A stretch of 64,000 nucleotides of DNA from NCBI RefSeq assembly GCF_009914755.1, contig NC_060926.1; one strand, 5' to 3'. Below are positions 1 to 14,550 of the stretch, one piece after another. Origin of the DNA: the human T2T-CHM13v2.0 reference genome, Homo sapiens. Within the stretch, counting starts at the first letter, position 1, and the number at the start of each line of letters is the position of its first letter. The notes beneath the pieces were generated by a model. It had not been told where the DNA came from. It did no database searches and saw nothing but the letters and a program-made list of their open reading frames with translations. The translations under genes and the position numbers were made by a program.

Positions 1-169
1 GCTGGGTGACCCGGGTACAGAGCAAGCCCCTTGGCTTCTTGAGCTCCCATGTGCAGAGTGAGGGGCGGATGCAGGGGCAGGGTGTGACTTTGATGAACAT
101 TCCCTCCAGGTGGCTCTGCCCTCGGCCCCCTCTCAGGATTGTTTGTAGCTCTTTGCCTCTTCTTGGCCA

Positions 170-1870
170 TTTGGAGTTTTCAGGGGCCCTACTAGGTCCT
201 CTTGACTTCTCACTTTGCTCTCCTTGGTGGTCTAATTCATGGCCAAGGGCCTACCTGCCGTCCAGACACTGCTTTTCAACCTGACCTCTCAGCTCCAGGC
301 TGGTTATTTCCAACAGCCTACTTGGGTGTCTCAAAGGCACTTTACACTCAATGTGTCCAACACTGAACTCAAGGCTCCCGGCATCGCCAGTTATCCCTCC
401 ACATTTCCAACCCTATGGATTGCACTAGCGTCTGTCCATTATGCAGGCCAGGCTGCAAAGGCTGTCTCAACGCTGCCCTTATGCTGTCGGGGCTTAGAAC
501 ATGACACCCCAAAGCATGGTGCCTCAGCCTGAGTATTTTGAACTGAAGGACATTGGAAGGAACTCAGAAGCAAGGTCTTTCCAACCTTCTCCTCATACCC
601 TCTCTTCTGCTTGCCTTCATCCTCCAAAGTGAGTCACAGAAACCAGAATTTATCTTCCTCAAGATGGGTCATAGAACCTAGAAACCCTCCTGCTAAAGCA
701 AACCATAAAACCTAGAAAGGTCACTCTCTATCTTCTCCTTCTCCTTTGAAAACTCTCATTTCAGAAAGGGTCCTGCCCCATACCCAGGAGGAATGGAGGC
801 TACACAGAGAGGCTGAGAAGAATCTGAGCAGACAGTTTTGCTGGGTCCCCTTTCAGTCTGTTCCCAGTAGGTCATACCCGTTTGTCCAATCACATTTCTA
901 TCTAGCTGTCCATTCTTCATCTAATCTAAGCATAAAAATTAACAGTTTTCCCTGGGCCTTTGGGTTGTCATTTCTGAAGCCTCCCATGTCACATAAAACT
1001 TGGATTAAATAAATTTGCTCTGTTTTTCTCTTGTTAATATGTCTTTTGTTATAGGAGTGTTGGCCGTGACCCTTGAGATGGATAAGTAAAGGACTCACAC
1101 CTTCACAGCCCTACAGCCCCATCTCCAATAAGTAGCCACACCTGCCACTTCTACCCACAAATACCTGGATTCTGCTCATCTCTTCCCATTGTCATTGCTA
1201 CCACTCAATTCCCTGTCACCGTCATCTCCTGATGGGTCTTCTGGAGCAGCTTCCTCACTCATCTCTCCAGTTCATCCCTTGCTTCTACCAGTCTGTCCTT
1301 GCTATGGTAAAACGGGCATTTGAGAAAGGCAATTACACGGTTACCCCTCCCCTGCTCAGCACTCTCCAATTTGATGGACACCAAAATCCTTGCCTTGGTC
1401 CCCTTGGTCCTGCGTGCCCTCCTCTCTGGCCTCATCTCAAGCCACTGCCCTCGTGCTGCACTCTTCCTCTGTAATCCACACTGCTGGCTTCTTTTCCTTG
1501 AATGTGCTATGCTCCCTCCTGCTGCAGGAGGGCCTTGCACTTGCTGCTTCCTCTTCTTTCTTCTAGTGAATTCCTATTCCTCCTTCAGCTCTCCATTCAA
1601 GCCAGTGCCTCAGGGAAGTCTTCCCTCACCTCTAGACCAGGTCTGGTGTCCCTGCCATGAAGCCTCACAACACCATCCAGCTTTCCTTCCTTGCATCTGT
1701 CATAGCTTTTGATCATACAATGATGTGTGGGACTTTCTGAATAGTGGTCCCTCTTTACCAATTAACTGTGAGCCTCAAGAGGAAGGAATAATGTCTGTTT
1801 GCTCCTCCTCTGTATCCCTAGTGGTGGTAGAAGAGGAGGTCAATAATTATCCTCAAATGAACTAAAATGA
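170..1870 (+). mobile_element. L2 fragments interrupted by an LTR
   Basis: L2-like motifs (ctacttgggtgtctc...aatgtgtccaacactgaactc; tgtatccctagtg 3' region). Highly diverged. Confidence 0.55.
485..1115 (+). mobile_element. ERV1 solo LTR, MER34/MER39 family
   Basis: Begins TGTCGGGGCTTAGAAC..ACACCCCAAAG and ends ...CCCTACA (TG...CA), with internal ATTAAATAAA. Confidence 0.7.
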
Positions 1871-1883
1871 ATGGATGCTTAGA

Positions 1884-2180
1884 TTTTTTTTTTTTGAGAC
1901 AGGGTCTTGCTCTGTTGCCCAGATGTGATGATCATGGTTCACTGCAGCCTCAACCCCTGGGGCTCAAGTGATCCTCCCACCTCAGCCTCCCAGGTAGCTG
2001 GAACTACATGCATCCACCTCTATGCCTGGCTAATTTTTGTATTTTATTTTATTTTATTTTTTTAGAGATGGGCTATTTTTACGTTGCCCAGACTCGTCTC
2101 GAACACCTGGGCTAAAGCAATCTGCCCACCTCGGCCTCCCAAAGTACTGGGATTACAGGCAGGAGCCACTGTATCTGGCC
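1884..2180 (-). mobile_element. AluJ
   Basis: Poly-T, GAGACAGGGTCTTGC through CTGGCC, AluJ diagnostics. Confidence 0.9.
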
Positions 2181-2599
2181 CAATGCTTAAGATCTTTTGA
2201 GACAAAAAGGAGGAAGTGGGAGATAGTTTCAATACCACAGGAAGCTCAGAAAAAAAAAACACCCCCCAACCCCCCCAAAAAACATACATGTATTTATTTG
2301 ATATTTGGCTGTGCAGGTTAAAAAGTTATTTATTTATTTATTTGCTTTTGGAAAAACTCGAGTCAGCTTGATGAGGTCACTTTTTCCTGCTACTCCTTCT
2401 TATTTGGGGAGTAAAGGGACTTCCATGATCTGGATGGATGATTGTGATGAGGAGGTTACCGGGATTGCCCTGAGAGAATGGACTGTGAGCTTTCAGGGAT
2501 GGAAGCTGCATCTTCATCTCTATAATCCCTTGTTTGGCACAGTGTCAGCCTGAGAAGATGCTTGGCGGCAAATATGAATTATGGCACACACTGTTAATT

Positions 2600-3165
2600 T
2601 CTTATCCATGAGCAGTTCCTTTGCTTGCTAACAGAAAATCCTGATTTTGCTTGGATAAACAAAGTGTCCAGTGTCAGGTGATGACTCAAGGTTGGTTTAA
2701 GCCAGGCTGGGGCCTTTTGTTCCTTTTTGCCTGATACTTGAAAGAGTTTACAGTAGGGACTGTCCTGTGGTCCACTTCTGGATAATGAGACATAAGGAGA
2801 AGTCTGCTGTGTCCTTCTAAGAAGATTTTCTTCACTGGTTAAAGGCGAGAGACACATCAAGAAAAGCCCCCTTTGACATAGCTTCCTCCATCTTGTTCCT
2901 GGAGTCTGAACTTGGTCATGATGGCTGGAGCTATAACAGCCATCCTGTGATCATGAAGCTCCAAGGGTATAAAGCAGTAATATTCAGGAAGGTGGAGCCT
3001 TTGGACAAAATGATAAAAGGAATCTGGGGCCTCAGCTACATCACTGAGCCTTTTCAAGTCCTTGCCTTCTTCCTCTTAAATCCTGTTATGTTACATAACT
3101 AAATGTCTTTATTGCAAAAGCCACAAGTAGTCAGACTTTCTGTTATTCACAGCTGAAAGCATTTC
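2600..3165 (+). mobile_element. Old MaLR LTR (MLT1J/K/L-like)
   Basis: gctggagct..cagccatcctgtgatcatga and a ttctgttattcacagctgaaagcat terminal motif. Confidence 0.5.
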
Positions 3166-3169
3166 TCTT

Positions 3170-4380
3170 ATTTTCAAATAATTTCAGACTTATAGAAGAA
3201 TTAATTGTAAGGCAAAGAACTTTCATGCCCTTCACCCACCTTCACCAATTGTTATTTGCCACATTTACTTTCTCCATCTATATAGTCTATTCTACTCTAT
3301 TATCTTTCCCTGAACCATTTGAAATTCAGTTGCAGGCATCCTTCTCCTCTCCCTTAAACATTTCAGAACATATTCCATCAGAACAAGAAGACTCTAGTGC
3401 TCAAGTTCGGGGAATTTGAGGTTGATGCCATACAATCGTGTAGTCCTTGATAATTGTCTAATATACAGTTCACTTAAAATTTCGCCAACAGTCCCAATAA
3501 TGCCCTTTAAGGCACGTTTCCCCTGATCCAGCTGTCATACCTTTTTAGTCTCCCTTAATCTGGAACAGTTCCTCTGCCTCTTTTTGTCTATCATGGGGTT
3601 GACACCGAAGAACAGTTCAGGTCAGTCCTTGAAGGTCCCTCCATCTGTGTTTGTCTGATGTTTCCTCCAGGGACCGGAATGCTACAGAAGCAATGCTGTG
3701 TTCTCAGTGTATCACATCAAGAGACACTTGGCACCCATTTGTCCTATTCCTGGTGTTGTTAACTTTGTTCAGCTCATTAAGGGAGGACCTGCTGGGTTTC
3801 TCTACTGTTAAGTTACCACTTTTTCTCTTTGCAATTAATAAACCATATGAGTGGAAGTGCTATGAGACAATGAAAACATACTTTACCTTCTTAAATTTTC
3901 ACTCAGTGATGATTCTTCCTTGAATAAACTATTATGATCATGTTTGCAAATGGAGTTTTCTATTATTCCCTCTGTATTTATTCATTGGCATTCTACCGTA
4001 AGAAAGTCTTCTTCCTTCTTCCCTCCCTCCGTCCCTCCCTCCCTCTCTTCTTCTTTCTTTTCTTCCTTCCCTTTTCTTTCTTTCTATAGTTATAGGTTCT
4101 CATTTTATTCAATAGACTATAATCTACCATTATCATTATTAATTTGGATGCTCACATCATCCCAGATTTGGCCACTGGAAGCCCCTTGAAGTTGATTGAT
4201 GTGTCCTTTGACATGTCCCTGTCATTTTTTAAATGCTTCCTTGCTTTCTGGCACCACACAGCACTCTGGGCTCACCTTGTACTTCCCTACCCCAGCCTTA
4301 GCATCAGCCATTTCTACAAGGAGCTCTGAGTCCTTTTAGTGAAGGGTGGTATTTATAAACCACAATCTGGATGGTTTGTG
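3170..4380 (-). mobile_element. Old L1 3' region (L1MC-like)
   Basis: aaataatttcagacttatagaagaa..cccttcaccca, typical of an L1MC 3' end in antisense. Confidence 0.6.
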
Positions 4381-5599
4381 GATATTGCACAGCATTCAGT
4401 CAGAAGCCATGGGAAATGAAGCGACATTTATTGAAACTTGTATTAGTCAAGCAACTTAATGCTAGGCTAAGTTGCAGTGAGTAATAATCCCTAACCCCAG
4501 TGACAGTGCAGAAAAAGAAGGGTTTCATATGTGGAGTGTGATGCATGTCAATGGGAGTTTCCTCCACCTGGTGACTCAGGTATCCAGGCACATTCATCTC
4601 TGCAGGTCTGCCATCTTGACACGAGGTCATTGCAGAAGGAGAGAGGGTGTAGAGTCATGCCAGTTCTTAGGTGCTCCTGACAAGGAGATCTGCAGCACTC
4701 TGCTCACATTCCTGTTTTCCAGAACTCAGCCAGTACCCAGTGCAACTGCCAAAGAGTCTGGGAAGCATAGAGAGTACACGGATAGCTGGAGACCCTTCAT
4801 CACTACTGTCATATGTTCATTTATGCAATACATATCAATGGGTTCACCCCAGTCAGGCTGACTCCAAGAGGCTAAGATGACTTCACCTTGGGTGGTTTGC
4901 AGCTGGGAAAGAAAGGCAAGTCGGCACTGATCGAACAGATCATTCACTTCAGTGGGCTGTCGAGCTGTGCTAGAGGCAGGTGCAGTGTGCTGCAGAAATA
5001 CAGATGGTGACTACTACCCTGGAGTCTTGGGGAGATCCTGGTGTGCATTGGTGTGGGGTTGGAAAGGTGAGTTGGCACTCACCCCCTTCAAGAAGAAGTG
5101 GGAAGGACATTTCAGGCAGGGGCAAGTGCAAAGGCACAGGGCCTGAAAGAACTAGGCTGGGAGAAGAGGATGGCATTGGAATGGGTGGGAGAGGGGTCTG
5201 CTGGGGAAAGCTGGGGAGGCAAGAGATGAGGCTGGACAAGCAGATTGTGAAGGGCCACACTGAGGAGCTGGGGATTAGTACATTAATTTTTATTAATTGG
5301 ATTAATGATTAATAATGTGGGTTGCAGGGAATCATAGGGAGTGTGAAGAACACTGTGGTTGTGTTTTAGGAGGATTGCCTTGGTGGTAGAGCGTTGGATG
5401 GAGGAGATAGGAGTGGGGGTGAACACATCAACACAGAGAGACCTGCCCAAAGGCTCTGGCAGCCATGCAAGCAAAAAGCGTCGAGGACCTGAATTAGAAG
5501 GTGGCACTGGGGATGGATAGAAGGGGTTGGCTGGTGGAGCCATTTTGAGATAATGAATCAATAATAGCTTCCATCTATTGTGGATTGTCAAGATGTATT

Positions 5600-5990
5600 A
5601 TTGGCTCACAATCCTTCCTGGCCTTCTCACATTCCTGCGACTTCCCTGTGGACAGGACAGAGCAGATTTCTTGCTGTGCACATGACCAGCTTTGGCTAGA
5701 GATGCATGAGCAGAGTTAGTGCATGCCTGGTCTGACTGGAGGCTCTAACTGAATGTGGTGTTGGGTGGCAGCACTGACCCCACCCCTGCACAATGAGAAG
5801 AGCAAGCTCCAGGGAACCACCGGCCTGTGAATGAGACACACAGAAGCAAACAGAGCCTGGCCCCCAGTCCGAGGCAAGGCTTCCCAGCTCACTGCAAATT
5901 ATTAGCAAGAAATAAACACTTGTTTTGAGCTGCTGAGCCCCTGGGGCTGTGTGTTATGCAGCAATGCTGTAAAAACACTTGACCAATACA
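5600..5990 (+). mobile_element. MaLR LTR (MLT1H/I-like)
   Basis: catgaccagctttggc.., AATAAACACTTGTTTTGAGC, ends ..ccaataca. Confidence 0.55.
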
Positions 5991-6019
5991 GGGACTTGCC
6001 CTTTCGTAAGTACAGCATC

Positions 6020-6200
6020 TCATTTACCCATGATATCTCTTCATAGTAAGGATTAGGGATGCCATTTTAAAGATGAGGCAACTGAGGCTTAGAGAGGTTA
6101 CGTCACTTGCTTAAGGTTCCAGAGCTGGTAAGTCAGAGAAGGATTTGAAGCCAGGACTGTCTCGTAAGCCCATCCTTCTGCCTCTGTCTACACAGTGCTG
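6020..6200 (-). mobile_element. MIR
   Basis: ccattttaaagatgaggcaactgaggcttagagaggttacgtcacttgc core. Confidence 0.7.
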
Positions 6201-7119
6201 CCTTTCAAAGGTGGCAAGCTCCTGAGTTAGCCATTTTAACCTGCCAGAAACCTCCTTGCTCCTGAACTGGGGAGAGGGACTGAGCTTTGGATTTCAAGAG
6301 GAGGATCTAGGGCCACCATCAGGGGTCCTGTGCTTGAGGTGATGTGGCTGGCTCATCACCTGAGCTTTTCCACCTGCCCCTCCCCATCCCCTCCCCTCTA
6401 CCCTGCTCCCTGCCCTGTGCCAAGCTGAGCACATTGGCAGGGCTGGTGGCTGGGAGCTCAGCGTGTATCCTGTAGCCACAGAACAGAGCTTTTGTTGCTG
6501 TAATACAGAGTTCAGTCTTGATATCAGCAGTGGGTGCAGTAAAATCCCACCGATTTTCTTATCAAGTTTTCCATTTGTGTCAGTGAAGCAAATCCAATTT
6601 AAAATACATCTTCAGAAAAAGGAGGGTCAGTGAGTTCAAACAGAAGAATATTTGCTAACTGGATCAGGAAACCTTGCTCTGTGCTAAACTGTTTGAGGAA
6701 AATCCTCTTAGCACAATTTTGCAGGAGCCAGGCATGTGAAAGGATCATTTCCTCACTATCATCCCCTGAGATCAGGGCTCTGGCTGGATGAAATGAGGCA
6801 GGAGTTTATTAGCTGCTTAGCTGATTAGAGCCTGTGCTGATGAGGCTGAGGTCTGACAAGTCAACATCAGAGAGAGATCTTGGTTTCCAGTAGTTTTTAA
6901 TTCTGCCCAACTCTTTGTGGGAAAGAGCCTGGGTAAGACAGGACACCAACTACTTGCTCAAAACCACCATCCCCACCAGACAAGCAGCTCATGGAACCCT
7001 CCCTGGGAAAGACTGAAGGCTGTGGAGACCTAGCTGCATATTATATTATATTTTGCATTATAAGGTCTTATCGATACAGAGAAAACTCTCAATTTCAAAA
7101 AATGATGAGAAACTCAGTC

Positions 7120-7412
7120 TTTTTTTTTTTTAGATAGTCTTGCTCTGTCTCATCTCCCAGGCTGGAGTGCAGTGGCACAATCTCAGCTCACTGTAACCTC
7201 TGCCTCCTGGTTCAAGTTATTCTTCTCCCTCAGCCTCCCGAGTAGCTGGGATTACAGGTGTCTGCCACCTCACCCAGCTAATTTTTGTATTTTTAGTAGA
7301 GATGGGGTTTTGCCATGTTGGTCAGGCTGGTTTGAGCTCCTGACCTCAGGTGATCTACCCACCTCAGCCCCTAAAGTGCTGGGATTAAAGGCGTGAGCCA
7401 CCACACCTGGCC
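7120..7412 (-). mobile_element. AluSx-like
   Basis: Full dimer. Long TSD AAAAAATGA(T/A)GAGAAACTCAGT at 7097 and 7413. Confidence 0.92.
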
Positions 7413-7814
7413 AAAAAATGAAGAGAAACTCAGTGTTTTGGATAACAGGGAGAATGTTTAGTGTTCTAAAAATGTATCCTTTCACATGTAAAGCTTCTTG
7501 CCTCTGAACCTTTGCCAGTGCTGTTCCGTCTGCTAGGGTTGTACTTCCACCCTGCATGCTGGTGAATTCCACTTTGCCCTCCAGCCCAAGCATCATATTT
7601 TCCAGACAGCCATTTGCCGTGCTGCCCACCAAACAGGCTGTCCCTTGTTCTCATGCCACTGCTGAACATTGTTTATTCCTTGTGCTAGGCAGGGCTTTGT
7701 CAGTTGTAACAACTGAAACTCCACTTAGACATGTTTCAGCTAAAGGGTGACTTATTGATTTTTATAACTGCAAAGACCATGGTATGCCTGAATTTTGAGG
7801 TTCAAGTAAGTTAT

Positions 7815-7975
7815 TTTCTCTCTCTCTCTCTCTCCTCTTCCTCTCCTCCTTCTCATTTTCCTTCTCTTTTTCTTTCCTCTCCTCCTTCCCTCCGTTCTTC
7901 TTTTCCTTCTTTTTATCTTTCTTCCTCTCTCCTTACTTTTTTCTCTTTCTCTCCCTTTAATTTGCTCTATTCTCT
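7815..7975. repeat. CT-rich low-complexity tract
   Basis: Almost pure polypyrimidine. Confidence 0.8.
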
Positions 7976-8579
7976 ATATGGGCCTCATTCCTTCTACTGC
8001 AAATAAGGAAAATGACCACCTGGAAACCCAAGGCCCACCACATCCCAGCAGAGCCACCCCAGCTGAAAGAAACCCAGCTTCTCCCTCAAGCATCTACACA
8101 TCAATCCAGGCCAGAACTCCATCTGACCCTTGTGAGACATGCTTCCACACCTCGGTGGACCACTGAGGCTCGGGAATTCAGCATAATGATGGGCACTTCT
8201 GGGGTCATGGGCCTTCCCTGTAGCTAAGGTGACAAAAGGACAGACTGGCCTGGAATGTCCATGCCAGCTGGCTTACATGCCCAGCCATTGATGCTGGCTG
8301 TTTTCTGGGAGCTCAGTTGTGCTCTAGACCAGAAAACCTCCATGTGGCCTCTCCACATGACCCTCATTTCTCAGCATGGTGGCTGCGGCCCAACGGGGAG
8401 ACTCTCATGAGCAAAGATTCCAAAAGACCAAAGTGGCAGCTACGAGCCTCCTCATGGCTGAGCCTCAGCCCCCATGCAGCATCAGAGCCACTGCAGTCTT
8501 GGCTTCCCAGGAGGCCAGCCCAGAAGCAGCAAGAAAGGGGACCTGGAAACCAGGAGGTTTGGTTCGAGGGAAGGCCCTC

Positions 8580-8980
8580 TGATATAATTTGGATATTTAT
8601 CTCCACCCAGATTTCAAGTTAAATTGCAGTCTCCAGTGCTGGAGTTGGGGCATGGTGGGAGTTGTTTTGACCATGGGGGTAGATCCCTCATGGCTTGCTG
8701 CTGTCTTTGAGATAGTGAGTTCTTGTGAGATCTGGTTATTTAAAAGTGTGTGGCATGTCCCTCCCCACACCCACTGACTCTCTCTTGCTTGTTCCTGCTT
8801 TGGCCACGTGATGTGCCTGCTCATGATTGTAAGCTTCCTAAGCCGCCTTAGAAACCAAGCAGATGCCAGCACCATGCTTCTTGTGAAGCCCGCAGAACAA
8901 TGAGCCAATACAAATCTTTTCTTTATAAATTAACTTATCTCAGATATTTCTTTATAGCAACGCAAGAATGGCCTAATACG
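8580..8980 (+). mobile_element. MSTA/MSTB MaLR solo LTR nested in an older MLT1-like element
   Basis: Runs from TGATATAATTTGGAT to TTCTTTATAGCAACGCAAGAATGGCCTAATAC. Confidence 0.8.
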
Positions 8981-10467
8981 CCATCTTTGGAGACTAGCTG
9001 GCACATGGGCCTTCTCCATCTGTAGCTACACTTCTAGAACAGACATGGCTTCCAAGGCCACTGCAGCAGCTGGAGGAAGAGCTCAGGGTCCTGTGGGATG
9101 TTCCTCAGGCTCAGATCTGTGGTTCCACCCACATTCTATTGGCCATAATCTCGCTCCCTAGCCTCCACTTGACAGCAAGGAACCTAAGGGAAGGGATCTG
9201 CTGAGGACAATCTCTGCCACAAGGAGCAAGTGAAAGCAAGTAGAGAGGAAGCCAAGACTGATGCCCAAGTGGGAGAGGTGCTGAGGAGAGAGGTCTTTTT
9301 TTTTTTTTTTTGACAGAGTTCTGAATGTTTCAGAGTAGTCCAAGTGCACCCAAAAGCACAATAATTAAATGAGGGGCAGGAGAGTGGTTTAGAAGAAGAT
9401 TGTTTTTCTGGATTCAGCTCCAACAAAGTTTGTCCTGCAGGTCTTGGTGCTGTGCCATGGTCCTTCTCGCCAATAATATTCAGCCTGGATACCCCGCTGT
9501 GGCTCTACCAGGGAGGAAAATATTTTCCTGCCACTGCCCTGAGCCTCCTGACTGACCCCAGCTGCCTTGCACATCCCAGCTTTTGGGACTACCCCAGACC
9601 TCCCTATAACCAGCAATCAGAGGCTGGCACAGCAAGGGTGCTTTGGAACCCTGCCTGGTGCTCCAGGGTGACAGGCAGCACCTGCTGTCATTGGTCAGTG
9701 TCTGTGCAGTATTTGCTAGAGTTTTGTGGATCTCAGCCTTGAAATCTGTGTCTTTCTACAGTCAAAGGATCTGAGTTGGGAGAAGGCACCTAGATATGCT
9801 CCACCATAGCGTTCTGGTGTTTCCTGTCATCTCTGAAGCCTCTGAGCTCTTATAACGGGGGCTTAAAGATGGTAGCATTGAGATATGAAGGCTTGTAGTT
9901 GTTGTCCAGTTCAGGGGACTTTAACTCCAGGTATCTGGAACTTAGAATAAATCCTCATGCCCTCACCATGGCAACAGGGCTCACCTCCTCTGTCTCATAC
10001 CTCTCCCTCCCTTGGCCACTATTGCTACAGATATCCTGACCCTTTTACCTCTTTATCAAATAAGCCCACTCTGCCCCAGGGCCTTTGCATGGGCTTACTT
10101 TCCTCCAAGAATAATTTACTCCTGATATTTGCCTGACTAAATCCTTCTCACCTTTCTGATTGCAAAGAGGCTTCCTTGACAACTCATTCTGAAGCAGCTT
10201 TTCCCTCCAGTCTAGCTACTTTCTCTTTCGTTATTCTGTTTGATTTTATTTATAGCACTTAGCGCTGTATGACACTGTTTATTTTGAAATTGTTTATTTC
10301 TCTCTCCTCGATAATATAAGCCCAAAAAAGACAATGAATATGTTTTTGATTCTGTTTCTATCCCCTGGCCCTAGAATAGGGTCTGGGAGATAGTTGCAGC
10401 AGAATCCCTAGCTGAAATGGCAATCTTGTGCTAACTGGAAGAAAAGAGCTCCCTTGCCCCCATCCCT

Positions 10468-10540
10468 GTTTTTTTTTTTTTTTTTTTTTTTAGATGGAAT
10501 CTCCCTCTGTTACCCAGGCTGGAGTGCAGTGGTGTGATTT
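10468..10540 (-). mobile_element. Short Alu 3' fragment
   Basis: Poly-T followed by ..caggctggagtgcagtggtgtgat only. Confidence 0.7.
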
Positions 10541-11212
10541 CGAAGAGAGCCCTTTCTTGATATACTTTGTCATCTTCTGCTAGAAGTTTTTTATACTCAT
10601 TATACAAACCCACCCTATCTGTGATGTACACACCCTGTATGGCCCTGCTTCCACCCCAGCAAAAATGCTTGTGGAATGAATGAATGGATTGGTGGAAGTC
10701 AGGGGGACTGGAACATCTGCAAACAAATGTCAGTGTGTGTGGCCAGTGTCTGTGCACCTTTCTTGATTGATTGAATCTTCTGTGCATTGATTTCATGGTA
10801 TTGGGCACAGAATCCCCTTTTTTGCTCATTACCAACAAAGATTTGTCAAGCACCCACTCACTGTGTTCACTTGGGGAATTCAGACATGAACAAGACACAA
10901 TTTCTTGATTTAAGAAGCTGAGATTCTAGAAGGCCAGGCAGTGATGTGAAAGATGGTGCATTCCAGGGTCATAACGGCTGCACTAGGAGCCAGCCCAGGG
11001 CTCTCCTGGAGCATAGGACACCTGTTCAGTGCAGAGGACTCAGTAAGTCTTTCTGGAGAAGTGATTGAGCTGGCTCTGCAGGATGGAGAGGTTTGAAAAT
11101 TGCTAAGTGCTTTGTACAACTTATAAAAATCCACGTTGCCCAGTTTCCAAGCAGTCTCATGTTCAGTAGACAAAAGGCAATTTTCAAACTGAAATTCTTT
11201 ACTTGCATTTCT

Positions 11213-11574
<362 letters not shown>

Positions 11575-11945
11575 TAAGTTGTGTGAAGTCAGTAGGGATT
11601 GTTCTCTAGAATTCCCTTTTACTCTCCTATCCACATTCCCCCAGATTGTAGTTCCCTCACCTCTTTCACACAATCTTACCTGCAAAACTCCACCCACAGC
11701 TTTCAATACCTCTCCCCACTTCTCTGCTCTTTATTGTGAAGACAAGCACAGTTTCTTCCTTTTGGGACCATTCCTCCCTGCTCTGGCTTTTCAGGTCTAA
11801 TAATGTATCCATTCTCTATCACAAAAGCCAAGCTAGAATCCTCTTTGGAGCACAGCCCAGGTCAAGAAACTGCATAGATACAGCAGAGGGAGAAACGAGG
11901 TTCAGAACACTCATGCATTAATTGTTTTGATCTCATCACAGTTTC

Positions 11946-12194
11946 TTCCTTTTGTTTTTTTTTTCTGAGGTGGAGTCTTGCTCTGTCACCCAGGCTGGAG
12001 TGCAGTGGTGCCATCTTGGCTCACTGCAACCTCTGCCTCCCACACGCCACCATGCCTGGGTAATTTTTGTATTTTTAGTAGAGACAGAGTTTCACCATGT
12101 TGGCGAGGATGGTCTCAATCTCCTGACTTCATGATCTACCTGCCTCGGCCTCCCAAAGTGCTGGGATTACAGGCCTGAGCCATCACACCTGGCT
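11946..12194 (-). mobile_element. AluS with internal deletion
   Basis: ctctgcctcc joins directly to cacacgccacc, so part of the right arm is missing. Confidence 0.85.
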
Positions 12195-12547
12195 GGCCTC
12201 ATCACACTTTCTAAACGACTATTATTAACTCATTTCCCAGATGAGAAAACTGAAGCTCAGAAAGATCAAGCGACCTGCCCAATATCCCAAAGCTATTAAG
12301 TGCCTATTCTTCCTGCCTGCCATACTTCCCTTACCTCTGTCTTCCCCTTTGCCTACTTAACTGTGATTCAACCCAAAGAGAAATTTCCCCAGGAAAGCCT
12401 TTCCTAAACATCTTGCCTTGGCCAACCTCCCCAACTACTGTACACTTCGACAAGGCTGTGAACTTTCCCTTCACAGCCCTTGTCACATTTGTAATTGTTC
12501 ATTTCCTTGGATTATTCCTGGGTTAAAGTCTATCTAGACTTTATGCA

Positions 12548-12844
12548 TTTTTTTTTTTTTTTTTGAGACGGAGTCTGGCTCTGTCGCCCAGCCTGGAGTG
12601 CGGTGGTGTGATCTTGGCTCACTGCAAGCTCCGCTTCCTGGGTTCACGCCATTCTCCTGCCTCAGCCTCCCAAGTAGCTGGGACTATAGGCACCTGCCAC
12701 CATGCTCAGCTAATTTTTTGTATTTTTGTAGAGAGGGAGTTTCACTGTGTTAGCCGGGATGATCTCAATCTCCTGACCTCATGATCCACCCGTCTCAGCC
12801 TCCCAGAGTGCTGCGATTATAGGCATGAGCCACTCTGCACAGCC
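12548..12844 (-). mobile_element. AluY/Sc-like
   Basis: ctgcaagctccgcttcctgggttcacgccattctcc diagnostics. Followed by (CT)n at 12872-12915. Confidence 0.9.
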
Positions 12845-12868
12845 TAGACTTCAAGCTTTTAGAATAGC

Positions 12869-12914
<46 letters not shown>

Positions 12915-13079
12915 CCCTCCCATTGTATAACCAGTGAGTAAAACAACATCTGGGACATGTCAGTACTTGCTAGATATTTACTGAATAAAAGAATGAATGA
13001 CTGAAATTCAAACCCGTGTCTCCAAAATCCAAGTTCTTGTCTGACATCATGACTTGTTGTTCTCCAGGAGAACAGGAGA

Positions 13080-13355
13080 CGTCTCTCTCTGTCTCCTAGG
13101 CTGAGATTGCAGTGGCGCAATCTCAGTTCACTGTACCCTCTGCCTCCTGGGCCCAAGTGATCCTCCCACCTCAGTCTCCCAAGTAGCTGAGATCATAGGC
13201 ATGGACCACCATGCCTGGCTAATTTTTGTATTTTTAGTAGAGACAGGGTTTCGCCATGTTGGCCAGGCTGGTCTTGAGCTCCTGGCCTCAAGTGATCCAC
13301 CTGCCTTGGCCTCCCCAAGTGCTAAGATTACAGGCACGAGCCACCATGCACAGCC
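13080..13355 (-). mobile_element. AluJb-like
   Basis: Alu dimer with no recognisable tail. Confidence 0.85.
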
Positions 13356-13639
13356 ATGCATATCTCCTTTATGTAACTTAACAACATCTGCAACGTTTGT
13401 TTGTGTGAGTTTTTTTATTCTGCCTGCATTTGTGTATGTGAGTCTTTTCCTATGGATTTTTCCCACCATGGCTGTAAGCACCATGAGAGTGAGGAAAATA
13501 GCTGTTTTGCTTTATCATATTTTCTCTGGTGCCTAACAAAGTACCTGGAACACAAGAGAGTCACTAATGGGATAAATACATGCATTAATGGGATTTGTCA
13601 ATGAAGGGAAAAATTTAGTGCATTAGCTTGAATGAGGAG

Positions 13640-13768
13640 GTGGGTCCTACTGGCCTCTTGGGTAGAGGCCAGGGCTGCCACTAAACATTCTACAATATAC
13701 AGGACAGCCTCCCACACCAAAAACTATACAGCTTAAAATGTCGATAGTGCTGAGGTTGAGAAATCCTG
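13640..13768 (+). mobile_element. MER20 (hAT-Charlie), 3' half only
   Basis: ctactggcctcttgggtagaggccagggctgccactaaacat...gaggttgagaaatcctg. Confidence 0.8.
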
Positions 13769-14118
13769 GTTTGACATATTATTCCTGTGTTAAAATTAAT
13801 ATATGTAAAATAATTTCCTCAGTTGTTAACATGGCATTTTTATCAAGCAATTTTGTTTTCTCTGAAATATACCTCAGATTGTTTTTAGTTTTTCCAGAGG
13901 AAACTTTATTCATCTTTTACTAGAGAAAAGAATATGGCAAACAGTGAATCTGTGTTTCAGGAAGGGTAACGTCGTTTTTCTTTTAATTTCCCTTTTGAAG
14001 CTCTCGGGGTGCTACCAACATCTTGGAAATCTGGATAATTTGAGTATTACTAAGGGAATAGTTTCATTCTACATGCTACAAATGTTTAATCATTTTATTT
14101 ATCTAAAGCTCCTTTCTT

Positions 14119-14542
<424 letters not shown>

Positions 14543-14550
14543 TCAGTGTT

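Noticed and set aside
6805-6860. tRNA-like motif (ttagctgattagagcctgtgctgatgaggctgaggtc)
   Set aside because: No complete cloverleaf or B box. At most the head of an ancient tRNA-derived SINE.
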